Assembly: GCA_001642005.1 (NCBI GenBank)
Contig: LWCA01000051.1
Coordinates: 1-64,000 of the forward strand
Origin: Intoshia linei
Taxonomy: Eukaryota; Animalia; Orthonectida
DNA: 64,000 nt
Reading direction: 5' to 3'
Shown here: piece by piece, positions 11,778 through 25,157 of the stretch
Layout of the letters: each line of letters begins with the position of its first letter
Position numbering within the stretch: position 1 is the first letter of the stretch
Notes under the pieces: model-generated
The model's database searches: none
Told to the model about the DNA's origin: nothing
Seen by the model: the letters and a program-made list of their open reading frames with translations, nothing else
Made by a program: the position numbers and the translations under genes

Positions 11778-13396
11778 TTGCAACCTTCCATCATTGTTAG
11801 TTTCAAGTTTACTGCAAAATTTAAGTTCAACAATGTAAAATAACCATTTTTTATAATAAAAAAATTACAAATTTTCATTTTTTTTTATTTTGTTGAAGCA
11901 TTGAATCTGTTTTGATAAACAATAATATTATTAAAATGTATATTAGTTTTAAATGGGATTGTCACTTTTTACAATAATTTTAATGGAATTTGGTCATTTT
12001 TATTGACTAAATTTAAGATGTAATTAAAGGTAAATTGGAATTTTTGCATGTAAAAAAGAATATTCCCTTTAAAGTTTAAACCATTTTTAAATTTGTTAAC
12101 TAATCTGACTATAAATCATTAAAAATAACAAGGAAAATGACTGCCGTTTGCGAAAGAAACAATACTAATTGATTATGTTTATATAATTTAAAATCTTTAA
12201 AAATTACCGTACTCTGTGACAGGCGATAATTTTTATTTATATAACTTGGATGAATTAGCAGCCCTTTGTAGTCTAAATTAAAAAAATAAATGAACGTTGC
12301 GTTTTTCATTTTAATTTCAATTATAATTATTGTAGTATCATAATTCACGCACTAAAAGCTTTTCCAGGAATATCATTTTCTTTTTGAAAGTCACATATTA
12401 AATTTGAATTAATTAATATTAATCTTTCATCAGTAGGATAAATAGGGTTCAAAGACATTAAATTAAAATTTTTTAAAATATAATTTTGTAAAACTCGTTT
12501 TATTCATATTTTTATTCATTCGGTATCATTTAATCTAATTTTATTTATTATCGATGTTAAAATTGATAATTTTCAGTAACTTTTAAGTAATTATGTACAT
12601 ATGTCCGTTTATTCAAAAAAGTAGGCGTAGAGTTTTAAAAATAGAACTTCCAATACAGTTTTTCGTTGATTAAATTTATTGCAAATTTTTATTTTCAAAA
12701 ATTGTGTTCTTACGTTCAAAAACCCCAAATATTCTTTTTTTCAAAAATCAAACGAATCCTAGAATTATTAAAAATAAACATACTGAGGCAGATTTTAAAT
12801 TATGAATATTATTATCAAATTTCAATTTTAAAAAAACTTACATTTTCACGGCCAAAACCTCAAATTAGTCATTATTTGAAAAAATAAAATTAAGTCTTAT
12901 AAGTTAAATTTAATGTCATAAAGTGAATCATTCAGTCTAAAAAGAAAAAAAACAAGGAATGTCTACATAAGCTGGGAACATATTTTGTTGGCTGGAATAG
13001 GTATGTATTGGAATTAAACCGTTTTCATTTGTTTAGGATTCACTCACACGAAAAATACCAAATTACGGTAAATATGTGTGAAAACCTTAAAAAATATAAA
13101 GAACTCTTAAGTCATTATATCGACAATAACTTTTATAATTTTGTTACTATCATCTTGAGATTTATTTCAATAATCGTTATGATGTACAACCAGATCATAC
13201 ACTCTATAATAAATTAATAATTCCGTGTTAAAATTAAAAAGTTGGCCCTTGACAGAGATAGCTGCTGTAAAGATAAGAATGAATAGTAACTATAAAATAG
13301 GTTTCCATAGATTTTAAATATGTTTTTGAACATAAATGTAATGTTTACATTAAGATTAAATTATACTTGTTGTTATAGAACTTATAAAATTTCAAA

Positions 13397-15097
13397 ATGA
13401 ATAATTTGGAGATATCTTTAAATAATTGCCGTTCGGTTAGGTTAAAATTGAGATATAACCATCAACCCAGTACAACTGGAATTGGAAATTATCTTTCGAA
13501 ATATGGAGAGGTTCATGGAATTATTATACACCAAAACGAAGAATATAAAGCTTCAGTGTACATGAAAAACGTACACCACGCCGATGATATAATTCCACGT
13601 ATAAATAATGAACAATTAATGGTAATTTTAAAAGATAATGTTAATTTATTCCCAATTATACTCCAAGAATGACGAGTCGTAGAGATATTAATATATATTG
13701 AGATGATTCATTTAATGACTTTTTTTGGAATTATCAAAACTATGTTTGCATACCGCCCCACTTTGTGCAAGTAAAATTATACCACAAAAATGTTTTGTTA
13801 ATTATCAAATTGTGCCTTACCCCATTTAGGGTATATGATTAAAATATCACTAATACATTGGTTTGTATATAGTCTCATTTTTTAGCTTTTATGTATTGTT
13901 GCAATCTTTTTATCTGCAACATGTATCCGTTTTTGTGTACATGTTTAACATTAAGGTATTTTTTAATCCATGTTAAAATAAATAAAATAACCTTTAAAGC
14001 TTATAAGATTTTATTAATCCTGCCAAAAAAATCGTATTGTTTTACAGTGTCACCATGTTTGATTTATTTTGTGGAATAATCGTATTTTTAAATTCCAAGG
14101 GAATTATATAGATAATTTTTCGACCAAAATATTTAAAGATTTTAAAAATAATTAATGATTGTTCGCCCATTTAAACCTGATGACAATTATTTTTAATAGT
14201 CAAAAATATTATACAATTGTAAATATTTTCTTTTATACACGTATTATTTTTAAATTAATATTTATATCGACTTGGGAAGTATGTAATTTTTAAGGGAAAT
14301 TAACGTATATATATTTGACAGGAAGACGGTTGAAAAAATGAGGTGGACATCACCATTCTGTTAATAATATGATTTTGAATAATATTAAATTATGCAGGGA
14401 CAATCAATAACCGCCTCAAATTTTAAACCTCAGAATTTGGTTAGGATTTATGTCCACAAAAGAATCCATCGAATGTCTGTGATTAGATTTGCAGCGTCGT
14501 TTGGTGTTCTACAGTCAGTGGATGAAGAACCTACACATAGATTTGACAGAATAAGCTACCTTATATCATTTGAAGTAAAAAATAAACAATTATCTTTCTA
14601 CGACCGAATACACTGCAATAATGTTTACGCTTATGAGTAATTTAATGTAATTAATATTTTAAATTTATTTTAGTAGTCATATTCCTGTCATGGCAGAAAT
14701 AGTGCCAAACTTTGAGAACAGTAGGTAAATTTTAAAAATTGTAAACATTAATAATGTATTATTATTTACATTGATGTTGAACCATATTTTTAGCGTTTGC
14801 GATTCTGATTTCGTTATAAAGACTGTGGATCATAATGAAGACATAGTTGTTACATGGCATACTTTATTTGATAAGTATCAGAGACTTAATCAAAATTTAC
14901 AGGTTGAGTTTTTAAAGGAAACAGACAATTTAAAAACGTTTATTTCTAATCAAAACGAGGACCAAATAAGACTAGAAAGTTTGTTTATTAATTAATAATT
15001 ATTATCACAGTAATATAATAATAATTTCGTTTTTTTAGAAATCAATAGGGATTTAGAAATGCTGCAAAAACAAAGGGATCAAATATTGTACCATTAA
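13397..15097 (+). CDS. Orphan protein (about 255 aa) with two divergent RRM-like domains and a predicted C-terminal coiled coil
   Basis: Five exons join in phase: 13397-13621, 14398-14636, about 14674-14724, about 14794-14978 and 15039-15097. They give GIGNYLSKYGEVHGI...KASVYMKNVHHADDIIPRINNEQLM|GQSITAS, an RRM-like pattern, then a second unit VIRFAASFGVLQSV...YLISFE. The tail is heptad-like (QIRLEKINRDLEMLQKQRDQ). Confidence 0.6.
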
Positions 15098-15543
15098 TTT
15101 ATGTAAAACTAATGAATCATTAAATCTTTTCTATTTCATTAAGTAATGTCATGACTCATGACATTGTATATTGTCATAATTTAAATGACATTTGAATTTA
15201 AGTGAACACCTAATTGGATTAGGCAGGTTTCAACACTTTACGTCGTGAAACCCAATTTAATATATGTAAATTTACAACCCTATAAAAAATTTATAAAAAT
15301 GTTGCGTAACCAAGAATGAACATTTTTATATAGTCCAAATAATCTCAAGTTTTTTGTTCAACACCAAATTACTTTTTATTAGTGGATTGTCCAGATTGGT
15401 ACCCTGGTTTACAATTTATCGTGCATTTAAAATTTGTTGGCTCAGTAAATGAACGTTTCATAATGAAAGATATTTAAATTAGTTTAATGTGTACTTTATT
15501 TATTTCAGTCCAAGGAACACAATGAAAAATAATTAAATTTTAA

Positions 15544-17050
15544 ATGAATAAAAGCAGCGGTAATATTTAACTAGTGTATAATACCGCTAGGGCATTTCAC
15601 TGGTCTCGTTGAAATTAAATTAAGAATATAATTGAATACATTTGAATTTTAAGAAATTAATTATAACTTTAGAAAAAAAGCTATCCATTTCTTGGAGTGA
15701 CAGTTCATGGCCTCATGTGCTAAGTAAGTATAATGTTATGGACTATTTTTCCCAGTTGAGTAATCCTTTTTACGATAAAACCTGTAACAACCAAATTCTT
15801 AAAATGCAACGTTTGGAAGCAAATAATTTGGTGTAGTTCTTTGATGAATAAATAAATCTATTTATATTATTTTAATAAGCTTAATAATGTGATTTATAAT
15901 TAATTTTGGTTAATCTTAACCAACCTTTACCTGCTATTTACATGCATTTTTTAGAAATATGATAGGACTAGAATACATGTGCGTTTTTGACCAAGAACCA
16001 ATATTATTTATAATACGCAAACAATATAGAAAATCTCCCCATGAAAGTAAGTTTTAATTAAAAAAATTAAAGGTTTTTCTCATAAGATTTGGTAAAATTG
16101 TGTTTTCCAAAAAAATATTTTAAAAATGGAATTTTTCCGTTTAGGTTGATAAAATTGATTTTTTATTTTGTTTTTGTAGAACCCAATAAGGAACTACTTC
16201 TCTAAACCAGGGTTCTAAACCTTTTTTAGAATCGCCCCTAAAACGATAATTCACACATATTTTTAGATTGATAAAATTTACTAGTGAATATTTTCAATTA
16301 CCTGTTAGTAACAAGTTGTTACTGTGACTCAATTTTTTAAAGAATCGACCCATATAACCAATAATTTTCTTCAAAAAATTGAGATACTTTTGTACTTTAG
16401 TTTAGCTATGAAATTTAAGGAATGGACTTTAACATTTTAATTAAATGACGAAGAATAATTTTTGACCTTACAAAATTTTTATTACATTATATATTTTGTG
16501 AAATAAAATAGAAAAATTTGCTCACCATTGAGAATCCCTGATCTAAACTAATCATAATTGATAGTTTAAACATTTTTATGTTTATTTGAATAATTTTATT
16601 AAAGTTCAGTCAATTTCGAGCTATTACATTTGCGCGGGGACCGTATACGAATCACCAGATTTAATGACACTTTACATTTCCAGATTGGTATTTAAATATA
16701 TTCATTATTATCATTGTATATCGCTTGATAGAATTAATATTTCAAATTATCTATTTTTAGATTACAGCTTCATATAATTTACGAAAGGCTTTTGAAGAAG
16801 GTATAAAAATTATTAATGAATTTATTTTTACACGTGCTTAGTACAAAATTACTCGAAATATGACGACGATACAATTGAAAAAGAAAAAAGTTGAAATATT
16901 TACCTATTATATTTAAAATATTAATTAGATAAAACAAAAAATGTAGGATCGTATTTTATGCGCAAAAGGACAGATGTTATATTAACAAATTTATCCCATA
17001 TTTTTCCAATGGACCAGGACAAAAACCAGGAAAATGTTCATAATAATTAA
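15544..17050 (+). CDS. MED6: Mediator subunit 6, multi-exon
   Basis: [14 protein letters not shown]...[25 protein letters not shown]; MIGLEY...[13 protein letters not shown]; [15 protein letters not shown]; [12 protein letters not shown]. Stop TAA at 17048-17050. Confidence 0.93.
16208..16540. mobile_element. hAT/Charlie-like MITE in a MED6 intron
   Basis: Ends CAGGGTTCTAAA / TTGAGAATCCCTG. TSD CTCTAAAC / ATCTAAAC. Confidence 0.75.
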
Positions 17051-17066
17051 ACTGTATTAACGTTTA

Positions 17067-18236
17067 TTATATTATATATTTATTGTTTCTTTCGGAATAC
17101 TTTACTTGTCCCGTTCGTAGTCTTTTTTCAAATCGTGTCTAATAATTTGTTTAAATCACATTTTCAAAAAGTAAAACCTTAATGTAGGTATAATAAGAGA
17201 ATAATAAAACTGGAGGAATCATAATACAAAAATTGAATAAAATGCTTTTTGGAGAGGACCTGTAAAATAGGTGTGTGTGCACTTCCATAGAAGAATAACG
17301 ATTCATGGCTGGGTTCATCTGTTATATAAAATTAGTTTTGGTTACCAGTCTTTTCGGCACCAATAAATAGTATTTATTAAATACTTTTAAATAATTTTTT
17401 CAATGTCCAACAAAAATTATACTTTACAAGAGGTTATTAAACCACCGTATCAAAATATGCAACATGTTAAACATTTAGTTTGAGTTATAATCATTTATAC
17501 TTGCATATTTTGTATACTGCTAATATATTTTAATTATTAAATCATCACTACTTTCTGGTATCATTGTCACCCAAATTAATAATAATAACTGGGTTCAACT
17601 GAAACCTTTTGTATCAATCTCCAAAAACTAGTACTGAAAATATCATTGACCAGTTCACATTAGATTATTAAAAAATGGCATTATTTTTAAGTTAGCCTAC
17701 AAATGATAAATTATTTTAGTTTAAGTCATTCTTATAACTATTACACATCGCCACTAATATTTATATTCTCTTCCACGGCTAACCTTTCCAAACAATAAAA
17801 TTTCAATAATTATTCCAAAGAAATGAAAAATTCCATCCAGATTATGTATCAAACTTTAGGTTGATTTTTTAGAGTCAATCATTGATGATCGTTTGAAAGT
17901 TCATTTTTAATGTTAGCTTTTTTCTACGTTATCTAATTTACCTGTATTAATGGACATTAATTACAACATTGATGTATAAACTGCATTTCAAATTATTTTT
18001 TAATTAAATCAAACTAAATTTTAGATACTATTAAGAATAATACCCATTTACCTTGATAAAAAAAATTAAATTACATTGCCAATGTTTCCATAAGGGTCTG
18101 AGGATAATTTAATATATTGCTTGCTATTTTCTATTCTTAATTGTGCTCTACGTAAACGTAAATCTTTTTCTTTGTCAGAGACATCATATATTACAGATGG
18201 ATTCCACTTTCGAAATGTAATATCCTTTATAGACAT
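17067..18236 (-). CDS. NDUFB4: NADH:ubiquinone oxidoreductase subunit B4 (B15), 3 exons
   Basis: MSIKDITFRKWNPSVIYDVSDKEKDLRLRRAQLRIENSKQYIKLSSDPYGNIGN|MNPAMNRYSSMEVHTHLFYRSSPKSILFNFCIMIPPVLLFSYYTYIK|TRFEKRLRTGQVKYSERNNKYII*. This fits the NDUFB4 pattern (Y-x-S...RAQL...DP...NPA..R...single TM helix). Not in the ORF track. Confidence 0.8.
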
Positions 18237-18447
18237 TTTTGTAAAAAAATAAACTTTTAGTTTTTTAGTTATTTGGCAACTCTAAAAATGTGTAAAAATC
18301 GATTCGTTTAATTAGAATGAAACATTTTTAATAAAATTTTTTGTTTTTTGAGTTAAACTTTAAAGATAAGCGTTATTAAATAATCTACAAAGTTGCATAC
18401 TACCTTAGCTGACTGTTCCACAAAGAAAACGAAACTTTATTGGTAAA

Positions 18448-18913
18448 ATGTCTGATAAAAGCATTGAAGTTTCAAAGGTTTCTGAAAAACCAGATAGTGT
18501 CGACAAATTCAAAGTTGATCAATCGGAAGTAACACCCCCACAATATGTTAGACTGGTGTCGAACGATGACCATGAATTTTTTATTAAAAGTAGATATGCT
18601 AGTACGTCCTCAACTATAAAATCCATTTTATCTTGTGCCGGTATTTTTTAATTAATTTGTTGATTTTAATTTTAATTATTTAGCAAACATTGAAGATAAT
18701 CAATCAAATCAAATTTTTTTAAAGGAAATTCCGTAATAAATTTAGTTTTCGTTAATTTTTTGACGTTTTAGATCGCATATCCTCATAAAAGTGTGTCAAT
18801 ACTTTATGTACAAAATAAAATATGCAGAATGCGCAGGTGATATTCCAGAATTTCATATACCACCAAATATAGCCTTGGAACTGCTTATGGCAGCAAATTA
18901 TTTAGATTGCTAG
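18448..18913 (+). CDS. ELOC: Elongin C, 3 exons
   Basis: [15 protein letters not shown]...[10 protein letters not shown]; KEIP|[17 protein letters not shown]...[23 protein letters not shown]. Stop TAG at 18911-18913. Confidence 0.95.
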
Positions 18914-18940
18914 TATGTCAAATTAAAATTTAATTAAAAA

Positions 18941-21579
18941 TTAATAGTCATCATATTCTTTGTTTAGTCTTCTTCTTTTTAAAGCTGTAAAAAAATCTGT
19001 AATATCATTGGCGTTCACTGTCTAATAATTATGATTAGAGTTTCATTAATTTTACCCTTTTTTGTTTTGAAATGTCGCTTAAATGGCTCACCAATTCTTC
19101 TTTCATGTGTTGATATTCTAAAATAGAATTTAAAATATTTTATTTAACACTGAAACTACCGCAAGGTACTCACAATAATTTAAATGTTTTAAAAATATGC
19201 ATCATAGTATGAATTACGAGGGTTTCCTAAATTTTTCTTACAACGTACTAGTCATTTCATTTACATAAAATTAATTTTTTGTAAAAGGTGTCAGATAGTG
19301 ATTGTGCCTGGACAAAATTCTCGGGATTTTTACGATTTCCCAGAATTTCCCGACTAAAATTGAGACATACCTGTATTTGATTTATGTTTGTTATTACCAT
19401 AAAAATATAATTATATTATAATATTTAAAATTTACCATTTCAAAAATCCCACCACTAATACAATTTAATCAAAAATACCATTTCAAGCGCTCATGGAAAA
19501 ATTGTCTTACACCGATATTCTTTTCAAAAATCCACTTCATCAAACCACCAATAAAAATTCTAATTTTCCAGCCCTTAATGGAAAAATATCCTTTTTTTAA
19601 AACCCTCTTATTCCAACCACAAATAACTAACGCTTAAGGGAATTATCCTCTTTTTACAACATTATTTTGGAAAATATTATGAGTTGTTACGAACTGAAAT
19701 GCTATCATCAAGATTGTTAAAATTAAAGGAAGCCCTTATGACCGTTCAACCTACGTCAACACAAAATGAAAGAAATTTCTCTACTGCTTCTAATTTCGTT
19801 ACAAAACGTAGAACGAGTTTAAAAGACTAATCTATCAATATTATGTGTTTTAAAACACTTTTTCAACAACCTAAAATAAATAAATTTTTTTCTAATTAAA
19901 TTTGTAAATTTCAATCTAGATTCGTGTTATTTCATTATCATTATCATAAATTTCTTTTTGTTTCTAAAATTAATTAAGGTCTCTAAAATTTTTAATTTTT
20001 CTATATTATATATGAATAAAAAATTTTTATTTTTTCCGGGAAATCACAATCACTAGTGTCAGGTCAAGCAGATCTACCCAGAGAGAAGCCTTTGGTAGTG
20101 TAGTAAATTTGTGATAAAAATTAGATAGTTGACTATAATACCATTCAGCATGGACATTTGAGTTGCTTTTGGCATGGTGGTGAGAGCATCCATAGATTTT
20201 TGAAAAGTCGTTTTATTTTCATTTTTTAAATTTTCTCGATAATGTGCAATAGTGTCAATGTTTGAACATATAAAAGAACAGCCTGCTTCATCCAAAAGTT
20301 TCTAAATAAAAATAAATAACCATAAAATCTAACTTTACTTTATCACTTTCGGAAATTTTTTTTCTCCAACCATCTATAAAAAAGGCTGAATTGCTGCTAC
20401 AATTTGTATTTTGTAATTTTTTTTTATTAAAATCAATTAACGCTAAAAAAATAATAAAACATTGATAAAAATAAAAACCGTCTATACTCATAGAATATTT
20501 TTTCAAAAAAATCAATTTTTTTGTACAAACAGGACACAGAAATTCGGAAAATGAATCTGGATCCACTATAAATGTAGTTTCGATATGCTAAAATTAAAAT
20601 GTTTTAGTTTACATAGAAAAATTACATTCACGTGATACCAATCTTCACAGGAAACACAATGTATCATTTCTACATGATTCTAAATGAAATTATTTCTTAA
20701 ATTTCGTGTAAATACAGATTCATCTGGGTATTTTTTATGGCAAAAACAATATAGTCCAATGAAATTTTGTCCATATATATTTTTATCGTTGACTTTTTCT
20801 TTTTCCTAGTTATATGTATAAAGGTTCATGAAGAATTTTATACTTTTTGGAGTGAACACTCTTGCGTAAACTTTGAGTTTCCACAATCACATCGAAAATT
20901 TCTATAAGTATAAAATGTACATATCAATATTAACTAATCAAGTCATTATTACCGGAATCTCAGGATTCGTGAGAAATTTTTGATTGGATTACACAAAGAA
21001 AGAACAATTACACTTTGAGAAAAACTTGGAAACCGGGTTAAAATAAAAAATGTACCGATATCGCTGATTAAAAACGGAAAAGCTTTATAACCACAAAATA
21101 ATGAGTAATGTACCTCTTTGTATATAATTCGTATAAATCATGACCATCATGGCAGTTCAAACTACAACTAAAACATATCCCAGCCAAGTCGTTGTCGTTC
21201 CCACTCTGGCAGGTAACACACGAGTAAACCAACTGTCGGTGCATATATCCCTATTAAAAATTAGAAAAATTTGATAGTACAATACCTGCTTATAAGAACA
21301 CCTTTTTTCATCTTCTCCAACAAGGGAATTGGTCTTTTCGTCAATGTTTTCATGGTATCTAATTACATCCAACATTGACACGGAGTCATCGTCATTTTTA
21401 ACAGAATCAGATCTAGTTTGAGAAATTTCAGGCGTCGGCTCCAAACCATCTTTTATACTCGAACCACTGTTGGATTCCAACTCTTCACTATTTTCGTTTG
21501 TAGCAATAGGGGATTCTACATCATTTTCGGTTAAATCTTTCCAATAACTTTTTGCAGCATTATTTATATCGTCAGACAT
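18941..21579 (-). CDS. UBR7: UBR-box/PHD E3 ubiquitin ligase, multi-exon
   Basis: CSYKQ|GYMHRQLVYSCVTC...AGICFSCSLNCHDGHDLYELYTKR|NFRCDCGNSKF (UBR box); NFIGLYCFCHKKYPD; MIHCVSCEDWYH...EFLCPVC (PHD). C-terminus TVNANDITDFFTALK, stop at 18941-18943. Confidence 0.92.
19296..20055 (+). mobile_element. Non-autonomous hAT element with transposase C-terminal relic, in a UBR7 intron
   Basis: TIR TAGTGATTGTG / CACAATCACTA. TSD GTGTCAGA / GTGTCAGG. Internal [32 protein letters not shown] (about 19731-19830) is the hAT dimerization motif. Confidence 0.88.
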
Positions 21580-21725
21580 GGTAAAAATTTGAAATCTAAC
21601 AATCACTAAAATTAAAAATAACTGATAAGATATACATTGGCGCGATACTGGTTACTAGGTTGATGTAGAGTTTATTCTACATGTTCATAAAATATGCAGT
21701 ATATTTGATATTTTGTTGGTGTCAT

Positions 21726-21997
21726 TGTAATGCAAGTCGGTTTATCTTAAACGGTTCAGTTAAACCATGAAAATTAATTTGATCTCTGGCAGGTCGATGG
21801 TCCGTTGCACAATCCAAAAGGTAACACCTTGAATTGATACAATTTGTTCCTCAATCCGACAGCGCTAGTCGCAAATGCTGTTATCTTCCTGTCCGCCTCT
21901 TTAAAAAAAAATTTAGTTTAAATGATGAAGACTTTATGATGTAATGCAAGTCGGTTTATCTTAAAGGGTTCAGTTAAACCGTGAAAATTCATTTGAT
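21726..21997. repeat. Pair of 58-bp direct repeats (21726-21783 and 21940-21997)
   Basis: TGTAATGCAAGTCGGTTTATCTTAAA(C/G)GGTTCAGTTAAACC(A/G)TGAAAATT(A/C)ATTTGAT, 55 of 58 identical. Confidence 0.95.
21783..21902 (-). mobile_element. Ty3/gypsy reverse-transcriptase fragment
   Basis: KEADRKITAFATSAVGLRNKLYQFKVLPFGLCNGPSTCQR matches the gypsy RT block KTAF...YQFxVMPFGLxNAPxTFQR. Confidence 0.85.
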
Positions 21998-24461
21998 AAA
22001 ATTTATTTTTCAAAATTTCAAACAATTAAATAAACAAAATCATAAAGTGATCTTCACTTTTTATTATAGGTTATGGAATATTTTAGGAATTTTTTTGAAC
22101 CAAATTTGAAGGGGGTGTTTAAATATACGGTAAAACACACACATAGAGACATTGAATTTTATATAAGTAAAGGATAATAAAAGCATAACAATATTCAAAG
22201 GGTACTACACTTGAATTGTTTATTTATTATAATGTAATCTAATAATGTATAAATATTTTAACCTTATTATATTTAAATTTATGTTAGTGATTTATTGTTT
22301 TGTATACATAAATTTGTTTACTAACTTAACGGTGTCAAGTATCAAATTTAATTTGGCTTCAATAATGTTATTTATATTTTGAAATATATTATTAGATGTT
22401 AATTAGGTTGAAAGTATAAATTCCCACAATTTGAGATGCATTTTGTGATAAAACGGCAAGATAATGTATCTAAAAAAGGTACATTGTACAATATACACCC
22501 AGCAAATTAGGGAACGAAAATAAAGAATTTAACAAGTTTATAATTATAAAACCATTGCACATATTGATTATAAATGTTTTCGTCAAAAATTGAAACTTGT
22601 ATTATTGTAAGGGTTCAACAACCGAATTTACTCAGAAATATAATGTAAGTATTGTTTGAACTTCTGGTTGAATAGAAACATCAAATGAATCTTTTGGTGT
22701 TATTTTAGATAAATTTTGGTTGTATAATTATTTTTAACCTCATAGTCTTTGGATAAGTGGTGTCACAAGCTATTCCATCATTTACGTTTGAATTATTACA
22801 ATATTATTACTTTTTATTGACGTGGATGATATAAAAATTTTAATACATTTTAATTACTAGTTAACTGTAAGTTATATTGAAAGTATTAATGTATCATTTA
22901 CTTAAATAAAACCATTTCTTACATGGTAGTAAAGTTTTATTGTATCCTAAATGTTTCAGTTTTTGAACAACGAAAAGCCATTGCACATGGGTAAATTAAA
23001 TCGTGCCTTATTTATTGGAATCTAATGACTTCTTTGCCGATTTCAACTTATTGTCACGGTTGTGTGATATTATGTGTGAGGCTCTGTTTATTATTTACAT
23101 GTTAACATTTTTGTTTAAGTTTAAACATTTTTAACGGCGATTCTTATCAAAAAACATACACTTATAAGCGTTATTAAATTACTGCTCGTATTGTACATAC
23201 AAGTATTTCATACAAATTATGATACTTTGTAAAAAAAAAAATTTGTTTTAATAACGCATCCATATGTCAATTAAAACATAAATAATGTCATTTGTTAATA
23301 AAATAATTATAATTAATAAATAAATCAAATAATCAATAATGTAATTTTTTAACAATAATAGAGATTGAGAACCAATGATGATGTCAGTTATTTTCAAAGT
23401 TCAATTGGCTTGCGGCATATTGAACCAATTTTTGTTATTTATTGAGTCAGTAATACCGACATTTCTGATAAATTAAATAGTTATAAAATAACTGTCATTA
23501 CATTTTACGTATTCAATAAATATGAAGCTACTTTATACAATCGTAACTGTAGAATCGTCTACAATTTTGAATGCTGCATTCTGAGTATTTTGTCATCATA
23601 CTAAAATAATAAAATCCTGTAGGTCGTCGTGGAAATATGATATGTAGGTTCATGCCTATTTTTGATTGTTACCATGGTAATTTTGTGTTTTTGAAAGTGG
23701 AATGCAAATTCAACATCACGGAATTACTGTAGTACATTTATTTGAATTTAAACAATTACATATTACGACATACAATCAAAATAATAATTATTTTTTGATA
23801 TTTAGAAGTAATACGTCCCTTTAATTACTAAAGTGGCTAATAAAAATATCCTGGAAGGTCGAAAAAGTGTCTGAAATTATTGAACAGTATAATGAATGGA
23901 TTCAGCCCATTAAAAAAATTATCAAAAATAACCACAAAGTTACATTTCAATTATATGTAAATGAAAAGTTTTTAAAAGTAATAAATTACTGTGCTTAGAC
24001 ATTATTTAAAAACCAAAGAAATTCATTTATGAGACAGAAACCAGATTTCAATATTTCAAATATGTATACCAGTGATGGCAATCAAATCAAATTTGTGTGT
24101 TAATTTTGAGATTTTATTCGAGAATTATTTTCTGGAGTGTTTTCTAATAATAAAATTGTTACTTAGCCCTCCAATTGAAACAAAATCTATATTTTTTACT
24201 AAAATTCTATAGGTGAGATAATGAGCAAAATTTTTCAGCAAATTTTTCGATGGAATGGTAAATTTCTATTGAACAAATCTTGTAGATTTAAATTTTAATA
24301 ATACGCAAGTGAACCTTGTTTACTCATGGAATCTATTTCTTGATGAGTTTATTTTTATTATATTTTTTAATTTTTAGAGCGTAGATTTTGTGAAGTGTGT
24401 TAAAAAATATGTCAAGTGTGTATTTTTAACACAGAACACACATTTTATAATGACTGATGTA

Positions 24462-25157
24462 CAAAGCCGTCTTAAGCCACTTCATGGCTCTGGGCTAAGT
24501 AAAGGGTCACTTTTTAGAAGACAGGGCATACTGTTGGTTGGAGACTTAGAGTCTTATTTCATAGAGTATTAATAAAAGCATTAAAAGATATTATGTAGGT
24601 TTCTTGTAACTTATTTCTTTTACAAAAACTTCTTAATTAATGAAGAAAGTTTACTCTTTTTATTTGACAATATGCACCATGCAGTCACAAAAAATTCTTG
24701 ACAATTTTTCACAAATGTTGTTTTCTTACTTTTTTTTTGAGAAAAATCAGATATGATATTATCAAAACTTGTATATAAACAGTTGAAAATTAATAAGAGA
24801 AAATCGAAGATTTCCTACTTTCTTTTTGAATAGTGACTTAATAGAAAGGTTTTAATGTTTAATATTATCATTTGAAACAGTTTTTATGTTAATATTATAT
24901 GATGAACATTGTAGAATATATTTTAAATTGAATATTTACCAGAACTTTTATTCTTTAAACTATTTTTTTTCTAGCTATTTGAATTCCCACACTTCAAAAC
25001 TTATAAACTGTTTCTCAAGATATATGTAAAGTATTATTTAATAAATTTGGGGCCTCTTTTTAAGATATAAATGTAAATTACTTATATTAATTTGGGCTTT
25101 TTTTAATGAGTGGCCCTGGGCTATACCCCATATTGCCCATGCCTTAAAACGGCTCTG
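24462..25157. mobile_element. hAT-type MITE, copy 1 of a family
   Basis: TIRs CAAAGCCGTCTTAAG / CTTAAAACGGCTCTG. Perfect 8-bp TSD CTGATGTA at 24454-24461 and 25158-25165. Confidence 0.9.

Noticed and set aside
17330-18070. Nested gene or snoRNA in the roughly 750-nt NDUFB4 intron 1
   Set aside because: All frames are closed by stops and no paired C/D or H/ACA boxes were found.
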